A stretch of 51,030 nt of DNA from an uncultured Gammaproteobacteria bacterium (GTDB lineage: Bacteria; Patescibacteriota; Patescibacteriia; Magasanikbacterales; UBA922). The position numbers and the translations under genes were made by a program. The notes under the pieces were generated by a model. It had not been told where the DNA came from and made no database searches. It saw only the letters and a list, made by a program, of their open reading frames with translations. The stretch covers positions 1 through 51,030 of the forward strand of contig CAZEYK010000001.1 in the NCBI GenBank assembly GCA_964516055.1, read 5' to 3'. Shown here one piece after another: positions 9,627 to 15,355 of the stretch. The first letter of the stretch is position 1. Each line of letters starts with the position of its first letter.

Positions 9627-9726
9627 TCAACAGTCCTTTACAATTCAACACTACGAAAAAAAACACAGATCCATCGGCGTCAGCCAATGCGATCTATACC
9701 CGCCGCAATGCGGCAGGAGTGACACC

Positions 9727-11409
9727 ATGGCTGACAATACCAACAAGAACTATCGCTACATCGACAACGACCAGTTCGGAGGAAAGGTGCTCGAGCCTGG
9801 ATCCAAGATCCAGAACACGGACATCACCGTCCTCGACATCCTTGGCGCCGGCTCATTCGGCGTCGCCTACCTCTGCCAGAACAACGGGCAGGGACAGGTC
9901 GTCGTCAAGATGCTTCGGCAGAAGTTTCGTGGGGATTCTACCCATGTGAAACTGCTGATGCACGAGTGTGACATCGGCATCGGTTTAAAGAGCATCTCCC
10001 AGGTCGCCGGAGCATTTCAGTTCGGCGATCACGACGGCATGCGCTACATCGTGCTGCCGTACATCAAAGGTGAGACGCTCGAAAAGAAACTCCGGAATAA
10101 AAAAATGACGGAAACGGAGGATGTTGTGAGGTTCTTCTTGAGCTTCCTCGACGCAGTGCATCTCATGCACAGCGCCGAGTGCATCCACCGCGACCTGAAA
10201 CCGGAGAACATCATCGTCCGCGAGGAAGATGGTGCCGCGTGCATCATCGACCTCGGCACAGCAACCCATGTCGGGGAGAAAGAAGGTGACAACGTCTATA
10301 AGACCCAAGACGGGCAGGGCGGTGTACGCGGAACCCCCGTGTACATGTCTCAACTCCAATTCTCTCACAAGGCGGCATCCCCCAAAATGGACCTCTTCGC
10401 AATCAGCGTCATGCTGTTCGAGGCCATCACGGGAAAGATGCCCATCGAAGTACAAGAGGGAGATGCCTACACGGACGTCTACCGCAAGTACTTCCAACAA
10501 AAGCACTATGAGAGCCTGGATCAGCTCGTCAAGAATGACGCAAAGCTCTCCATGTTCTTCCAAGTGCTGAAAATGGGTTTCAAAAGCGGCGAGCTCGGCC
10601 CCGAAGAAGGGTCCTACTTCGCCAGCGCGGAGGAATTCCTCGACGCGCTGAAGAACATCTGCGAAGTCAACTTCCCCACCCTCTGGGCGGAGATCAGCCG
10701 CCAGGAGGCGAAGGAAAAAACAGGCATGATGAACATCGGCGACATCATCACCCAGATCGACGACAACAAAAGGACCAATCGTCCCAAGGTCGTCGACACG
10801 GCAGACACCATGCCACCCGCCGAGGTTCACCTTGCCGCGACGGCTGAGGCGATCGAAATCACCCTCCCCCCGGGTAAGGCTGGTTCTTTCGCCAAAATCA
10901 CCGTAGCGGTGGTAGGAGCACTCATGCTCCTCGCCGCCATCGCCCTTGGAGCCATCTGGCTCCTGAGCAACGACGAGGTCACCACCAACCCCAAAACAAT
11001 AAACACCGTGCAGCAAGAGGACAGCAGGGATGTCAACGAATATCCCGCTGAACTCGAACAGCCATCCTCTCCCGACGCAGAGTCCTCAGACGCGAGCACG
11101 CTCGCGGACAAGGCTCCGCAACAGGAGAAAGACATCGGTGTCAAAGATACAGGGGGGGAAGCAAAAGTCGAAGAAGACGCGTCCAAACAGGACGTCGTCG
11201 TCAAGACTGACACCTCGCCAAAGAAGCCACCAAAAGTCGTACCTCGTCGCCGTCGCACTCGCCCCCCAAAGGTCGAGGACAACAGCAACAACGGTGCAAA
11301 AACAGATACGCCACCCACCGAGAAAAAGAAGCCAAAAAGCTTCCTCACCAAACCGCCCAGCGGTACGGAGAAGAAGCCAAAAAGCTTTCTCAACGGAGGT
11401 GGCAAATGA
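9727..11409 (+). CDS. Hanks-type Ser/Thr protein kinase with one TM helix and a Lys/Pro-rich low-complexity tail
   Basis: AGGAG lies 7 nt upstream of the ATG. Kinase motifs: G-loop LGAGSFGVAY, VVKML lysine, catalytic loop HRDLKPENIIV, IIDLGTA (DFG-like), GTPVYMS. TM helix FAKITVAVVGALMLLAAIALGAIWLL. The tail carries a duplicated EKK(K)PKSFL. Third codon positions are strongly G/C. Confidence 0.9.
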   Translation: MADNTNKNYRYIDNDQFGGKVLEPGSKIQNTDITVLDILGAGSFGVAYLCQNNGQGQVVVKMLRQKFRGDSTHVKLLMHECDIGIGLKSISQVAGAFQFGDHDGMRYIVLPYIKGETLEKKLRNKKMTETEDVVRFFLSFLDAVHLMHSAECIHRDLKPENIIVREEDGAACIIDLGTATHVGEKEGDNVYKTQDGQGGVRGTPVYMSQLQFSHKAASPKMDLFAISVMLFEAITGKMPIEVQEGDAYTDVYRKYFQQKHYESLDQLVKNDAKLSMFFQVLKMGFKSGELGPEEGSYFASAEEFLDALKNICEVNFPTLWAEISRQEAKEKTGMMNIGDIITQIDDNKRTNRPKVVDTADTMPPAEVHLAATAEAIEITLPPGKAGSFAKITVAVVGALMLLAAIALGAIWLLSNDEVTTNPKTINTVQQEDSRDVNEYPAELEQPSSPDAESSDASTLADKAPQQEKDIGVKDTGGEAKVEEDASKQDVVVKTDTSPKKPPKVVPRRRRTRPPKVEDNSNNGAKTDTPPTEKKKPKSFLTKPPSGTEKKPKSFLNGGGK

Positions 11410-12422
11410 AGCAGGAGAACAAGAACATCATGAACAGAACCATGTCGTTCCTCGCTGCCACGCTCGTGGTGGTGGGGATGCTCCTGGGTTGGGGAAACCT
11501 GGCCCAGGCGCAGTCGGACGAAGTCCTCATCACCAAGGCCGAGCAGGCCATGGTAAAGAAGGACTACGTCCAAGCCATCGAGCTGTACACCCAGCTCTCC
11601 AACCGCAACAAGGACATGTCGGTGTACAAAGTCAACCTCGCGTTGGCCTACATGTCCATGAACGACGTCTGCTCGGGCCTCAAGTGGTTCGAGCAGGCGT
11701 CAAAAAACGAAGATCTGCCGCAAAGCGACGCGGCTGTCATCCAGACTGAATATCTGGAAGGATCATACGCCTGCCAAACCCTCACCGTGACCATCATCCC
11801 CCCTAAAAAGGGTGTGAAGCTCACGGTCGAAGGCAAGCTCGTCGCCACGACGGACAAAAACGGCAAAGCGACCATCGCCAAGCCGTTCACGTCCGTCGGT
11901 CAGATCACCCTTGTCGCCACCACCGACAACCGCACGGCGTCCACCACCGTGGACATCCCGTACGGTATCGGGGAAAAGTCCGTCACCATCACCCTGCCCA
12001 AGCCTACCAAAGGCAACGGCATCGTGTGGACCGACGACAAGAAGACTGATGAGGATGAGTTCGAAGTTGGCACCAAGCATCTCACCGTCATCGGCGTCGG
12101 GACCCTGTCCCTCGCGCTGGTGACAGGCGGCGTGTTCGCCAACATTTCGGCCGCGGGAAAATACGGAGAACTCGAGACCCTCGCGGGCAAACAAGCCCGT
12201 GGAGAGCTCAGGTCTCCCGCCGAAGCCGCGAAGCTTCAAGGGGAGCTCGACGACATGAACCAGTTGATGACAGCAATGTACATCAGCGGCGGCCTCCTGG
12301 CTGCCGCCGACGTCGCGCTGTTCTTCTACTGGGAAGCCGAGGAAACCAACAACAACACCCCCACCGTCACCATCACCCCCATGCGGGATGGTGGCACCGC
12401 GGTGTTCACCCTCCCCTTCTGA
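11406..12422 (+). CDS. Exported TPR-like / beta-sandwich (PEGA-like) protein with two C-terminal TM segments
   Basis: ATGA overlap with the kinase stop. Signal-like FLAATLVVVGMLLGWGNLAQA. TPR-like helix pair KAEQAMVKKDYVQAIELYTQL. Beta-rich segment TVTIIPPKKGVKLTVEGKLVATTDKNGKATI. TM segments LTVIGVGTLSLALVTGGVFANI and MYISGGLLAAADVALFFYW. Confidence 0.7.
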   Translation: MKQENKNIMNRTMSFLAATLVVVGMLLGWGNLAQAQSDEVLITKAEQAMVKKDYVQAIELYTQLSNRNKDMSVYKVNLALAYMSMNDVCSGLKWFEQASKNEDLPQSDAAVIQTEYLEGSYACQTLTVTIIPPKKGVKLTVEGKLVATTDKNGKATIAKPFTSVGQITLVATTDNRTASTTVDIPYGIGEKSVTITLPKPTKGNGIVWTDDKKTDEDEFEVGTKHLTVIGVGTLSLALVTGGVFANISAAGKYGELETLAGKQARGELRSPAEAAKLQGELDDMNQLMTAMYISGGLLAAADVALFFYWEAEETNNNTPTVTITPMRDGGTAVFTLPF

Positions 12423-12429
12423 AACAACA

Positions 12430-12448
12430 GGGGAGGCAACGCCTCCCC
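12430..12448 (+). other. GC-rich intercistronic hairpin
   Basis: GGGGAGGC (12430-12437), loop AAC, GCCTCCCC (12441-12448), with no following T-run. It lies between island genes 2 and 3. Confidence 0.45.
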
Positions 12449-12466
12449 CCAACAAGGAACACAATC

Positions 12467-14515
12467 ATGAAACAGTTCATCCATTTCCTGATGGGGATGG
12501 GGATGGCGATGCTATTCGTCGTCTCCGGCGGCTGTGAGAGCAGCCTCATCACCTGCGAAAAGAGCGCAGACTGCCCCGCGCACGCTTCGACGTGCTCCGA
12601 GGGCATCTGCATCACGCAGATCTCCATCGACAACGACACCGACGGCAACAACGACGGCAACAACGACAGCGATGTCGTCAACCCCGACGTCCCCGATACG
12701 GACAACGACACCTCCGACGCCGACGTCCCCCTGGACAACGGCTGCGGCGGTTCGGTGGAATTCCCAGAGGGTCAACGCCCAGGCGACCCCTGCGGCGAAA
12801 ACGACGAAGGGATGTGGGAGTGCGCCGGACAAAACGCCGTTCAGTGCAACGCCCCCAACCGCAACGCGTGTGGTGGCGAACAAGAGCTCAACGACGTACC
12901 CGGCACGATGTGCGGCGACGTGTGTCGCGATGGTTCACTCCGCTGCGACGAGGATGGTGAAAACCTCTTCTGCGCTGGCGAAAACGAGCCGTCAAATTGG
13001 TACCTCGACCTCGACGAAGACGAATACGGCGCGGGCGACCCCGCCGAGTTCTGTCCGAGTCAAGAAAGAGGTGCCTACACCGCCACTGTTGGCGGTGACT
13101 GCAACGACACGGACCCCGACGTCCACCCCGACGCCACCGAGATCTGCGACGGAATGGACAACAACTGCAACGGCGACTCTGACGAGCCGCTGAACGCCTG
13201 CGGGAGTTGTCAGGTCCTCCGCGGAGAGCCCGGCACCACTTGTGGTGAAGGACTCGATTGCGGATCAGGGACCTGGGAGTGCATGGGCGGCAACGTCCAG
13301 TGCACCCCCGGCGAGAACTCAGATCTCAACGCCTGCGGCGGATGCAGCACCCTCAGCCATGAGCCTGAAGAGGCTTGTGGTCAGTGCGGTGCCTACGCCT
13401 GCGACGGCGAAAACGCCACAATGTGCGTTGGCGCCGAGCCCAACAACGTTTGCGGCGGGTGCAACGCCCTGTCAAGCGACGTTGGCGCGCCCTGTGGCGC
13501 CTGCGGCGAGTATATCTGCAACGGTCGGGACGCTGTGCAATGCAGCGACCCCGGCCGCAATGCCTGTAATGGGTGTGGTGTTCTGGCTCATCAGCCCGCC
13601 ACGTCCTGTGACGAATGTGGGACCTACACCTGCAACGGCCCCAACACCGTCACCTGCAGCAACGACGTAGGCTTCAACGCCTGCGGCGTCTGCGACCGCA
13701 ACGGTGGTGTCTGCTGCGGCACAACCCTGTGCCCGCAGTCACCGCAAGGCTGGCCTGCGACCTGCAACGAAAAAGATCACTGCGAGTATGCTCCAGCCGA
13801 CGAGCTGGAGTTCTACAAAACGGTGATCTACGTTCCCCCCGGGAGCTTCCTCATGGGGGGACCCGAAGGAATTGAGAATGAAAAACCCGTACACGAGGTA
13901 ACATTCGTGCAAGGGTACTTCATTGCAAAGTTCGAGACCACCAGCGAGTGGTACGAACAATGCCCTCCATGCTTGGAGCAGCAGCGATCAATTGCCAACG
14001 GCAACGTTGGCAACTGGGGGCTCAACACCTCCAGCAACGGTCGCTCGCTCCACCCCGTCAACGGCGTCAACAAAAATGACGCCACCACCTTCTGTCTCTG
14101 GGCAGAAGGTCGACTCCCCACAGAAGCCGAATGGGAATTCGCCGCCACAGGAGAAAATCACAGGATCTACCCCTGGGGGGATGTTAATGGAACCTGCAAC
14201 CAGGCAATACTAACAATCTGTGGTTCCTTGGGGACCACAGAAGTGGGAACAGCAGCTGGGGGCGTCACCCCCAAAGGATGTCTCGACATGATCGGCAACG
14301 TAGCCGAACATGTAAGCGACGCCTACCACCCAACATATGAGGGTGCCCCAAATGACGGCACATCATGGGATGAGGGTGGAGAACCTGGAACCATAGTCAT
14401 CCGCGGCGGGGGGTATCACCAGGATACCCCCCGCATATCACACAGAGTAAGCTCGTTTAGTGACGAGCGAAACGCAATGACAGGATTCAGGTGTGTCTTC
14501 TTTGGCCTCCCCTAG
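12467..14515 (+). CDS. Lipoprotein with Asp/Asn-rich linker, ~6-7 Cys-rich repeats, a MopE-like metal-binding motif and a C-terminal FGE-sulfatase (SUMF1/PvdO/GldK-type) domain
   Basis: Lipobox-like MLFVVSGGC. Repeats of the form NACGGCxxLxxxPGxxCGxCGxYxCxGxxxVxC. MopE-like motif DCNDTDPDVHPDATEICDGMDNNCNGDSDE. C-terminal domain: YVPPGSFLMGG..EKPVHEVTF..LPTEAEWEFAA..IRGGGY..GFRCV (about 13820-14506). Confidence 0.85.
   Translation: MKQFIHFLMGMGMAMLFVVSGGCESSLITCEKSADCPAHASTCSEGICITQISIDNDTDGNNDGNNDSDVVNPDVPDTDNDTSDADVPLDNGCGGSVEFPEGQRPGDPCGENDEGMWECAGQNAVQCNAPNRNACGGEQELNDVPGTMCGDVCRDGSLRCDEDGENLFCAGENEPSNWYLDLDEDEYGAGDPAEFCPSQERGAYTATVGGDCNDTDPDVHPDATEICDGMDNNCNGDSDEPLNACGSCQVLRGEPGTTCGEGLDCGSGTWECMGGNVQCTPGENSDLNACGGCSTLSHEPEEACGQCGAYACDGENATMCVGAEPNNVCGGCNALSSDVGAPCGACGEYICNGRDAVQCSDPGRNACNGCGVLAHQPATSCDECGTYTCNGPNTVTCSNDVGFNACGVCDRNGGVCCGTTLCPQSPQGWPATCNEKDHCEYAPADELEFYKTVIYVPPGSFLMGGPEGIENEKPVHEVTFVQGYFIAKFETTSEWYEQCPPCLEQQRSIANGNVGNWGLNTSSNGRSLHPVNGVNKNDATTFCLWAEGRLPTEAEWEFAATGENHRIYPWGDVNGTCNQAILTICGSLGTTEVGTAAGGVTPKGCLDMIGNVAEHVSDAYHPTYEGAPNDGTSWDEGGEPGTIVIRGGGYHQDTPRISHRVSSFSDERNAMTGFRCVFFGLP
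12734..13726 (+). repeat. Coding tandem array of ~38-40-aa cysteine-rich repeats (Myxococcus-type disulfide repeat-like)
   Basis: Seven units, the last partial, each begin with N[AGV]C: NGCGGSVEF.., NACGGEQEL.., NACGSCQVL.., NACGGCSTL.., NVCGGCNAL.., NACNGCGVL.., NACGVCDRN... Confidence 0.75.
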
Positions 14516-14540
14516 AGCCTAGGGTTGAGGTCTTCCCCAT

Positions 14541-14565
14541 ACCCGACTGTATTCTGCAGTCGGGT
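14541..14565 (+). other. GC-rich 9-bp hairpin just after the island stop codon (possible donor-type terminator without U-tract)
   Basis: ACCCGACTG (14541-14549), 7-nt loop, CAGTCGGGT (14557-14565). Confidence 0.45.
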
Positions 14566-14569
14566 CATC

Positions 14570-14602
14570 AAAAAAGCATTGAATAATATTCAATGCTTTT
14601 TT
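14570..14602. terminator. AT-rich bidirectional intrinsic terminator between convergent units
   Basis: A6 (14570-14575), palindrome GCATTGAATA-A-TATTCAATGC (14576-14596), T6 (14597-14602). It lies between the island stop (14515) and the minus-strand stop (14638). Confidence 0.75.
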
Positions 14603-14637
14603 GTTTATTACTAAATTGTAAAATACAAAAAAATAAT

Positions 14638-15348
14638 TTACTGTTCCAATAGATGTTTCATTCGTGCTTCAGCCACAATCCAATCATCCTTACTATCAAT
14701 ATCTTGCGAATACACCGTATCCATTTCATATCCATACCGTCTTTTCCCCCACAAAGAACCTTCCAATAAATTATTAACCCGAAACGCATAAATGGCAGAA
14801 TTCACATAATATGTTATTGGTAAATCCTGATTTCTCTTAAAATTGGTGCATTCTGATTTTACAACAGGCATAACAATTTCATCACCAATGTTTTCTAATT
14901 GTTTCAAATAACTCATCCTACCAGGAACTCGAGAAATACCAACCAAAGAATCAATATCATCCCGTTCCTCAATAATTTGTTTTACCTCTTGAATATGAAA
15001 AGATTGTCTGCCTGGACAAGAAGGCTCTAATAAAATAATCCAATCAGCATAATACTTTCTATTTTCCCTCATCCAATTAACAGCATGAATGACGACATCT
15101 AGTGACGTCGCCATATCAGTAGCCAACTCTGCTGGTCTAATAAAAGGAACATCCACACCATGAGCTTTACCAATACTTGCAATTTCTTCATCATCAGTAG
15201 ACAAAATAAAATGATCGAAAACATTACTTTGTTTTCCAACATCAATACTCCAAACAAGCAATGGCTTACCCAAAAATTCTTTAATATTCTTCCTAGGTAA
15301 ACGCTTTGATCCACCACGGGCAGTAATAAGGCCTAATATTTTTTTCAT
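14638..15348 (-). CDS. CMP-nonulosonic acid synthetase (acylneuraminate cytidylyltransferase family), copy 1
   Basis: MKKILGLITARGGSKRLPRKNIK..GKPLL.WSI motif. It is clearly paralogous to 39404-40135, sharing FDHFILSTDD, VPFxRPAELATD and YYxNSAIYAFRV. The track ORF's 34-aa N-terminal extension overlaps the upstream gene, so ATG 15348 is preferred. Confidence 0.8.
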   Translation of the reverse strand: MKKILGLITARGGSKRLPRKNIKEFLGKPLLVWSIDVGKQSNVFDHFILSTDDEEIASIGKAHGVDVPFIRPAELATDMATSLDVVIHAVNWMRENRKYYADWIILLEPSCPGRQSFHIQEVKQIIEERDDIDSLVGISRVPGRMSYLKQLENIGDEIVMPVVKSECTNFKRNQDLPITYYVNSAIYAFRVNNLLEGSLWGKRRYGYEMDTVYSQDIDSKDDWIVAEARMKHLLEQ

Positions 15349-15355
15349 AAATAAA

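Noticed and set aside
9088-9726. A tRNA or other classical RNA gene as the integration target beside the island. Also a 37-codon ORF starting at ATG 9302.
   Set aside because: By eye I found no cloverleaf-compatible acceptor or T-arm (GTTCGAATC-like) pattern on either strand. The 37-aa ORF has no homology cues and overlaps hairpin sequences, so it stays unsupported without conservation data.
9985-12883. Long antisense ORFs inside the GC-rich island (9985-11016, 10827-11573, 11763-12464, 12512-12883 on the minus strand).
   Set aside because: These are typical shadow ORFs of high-GC coding DNA. Their translations are Gly/Arg/Val/Asp-rich with no recognisable motifs, and each fully overlaps a plus-strand gene with clear domain signatures and strong GC3 bias.
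9611-13875. Alternative-frame plus-strand ORFs in the island (9611-9949, 10229-10570, 11030-11749, 12534-13193, 12592-12960, 13242-13670, 13375-13569, 13615-13875).
   Set aside because: Their Arg/Pro/Ser/Thr-rich low-complexity translations are characteristic of out-of-frame reading of GC-rich genes. They overlap the kinase, the TPR-like gene and the FGE lipoprotein gene.
9640-14568. The GC island as a pure assembly chimera.
   Set aside because: This is not fully excluded, but it is judged less likely. The foreign segment is internal, with low-GC sequence continuous on both sides, it sits precisely in an intergenic gap, and a plausible promoter and a shared terminator frame it. Read mapping across the junctions is still required.
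9316-14595. The shared 10-mer AATATTCAAT near both island flanks (9316-9325 and 14586-14595) as possible direct-repeat att scars.
   Set aside because: A 10-mer made only of A/T plus one C is expected by chance in AT-rich spacers. The left copy lies more than 300 bp outside the compositional boundary.
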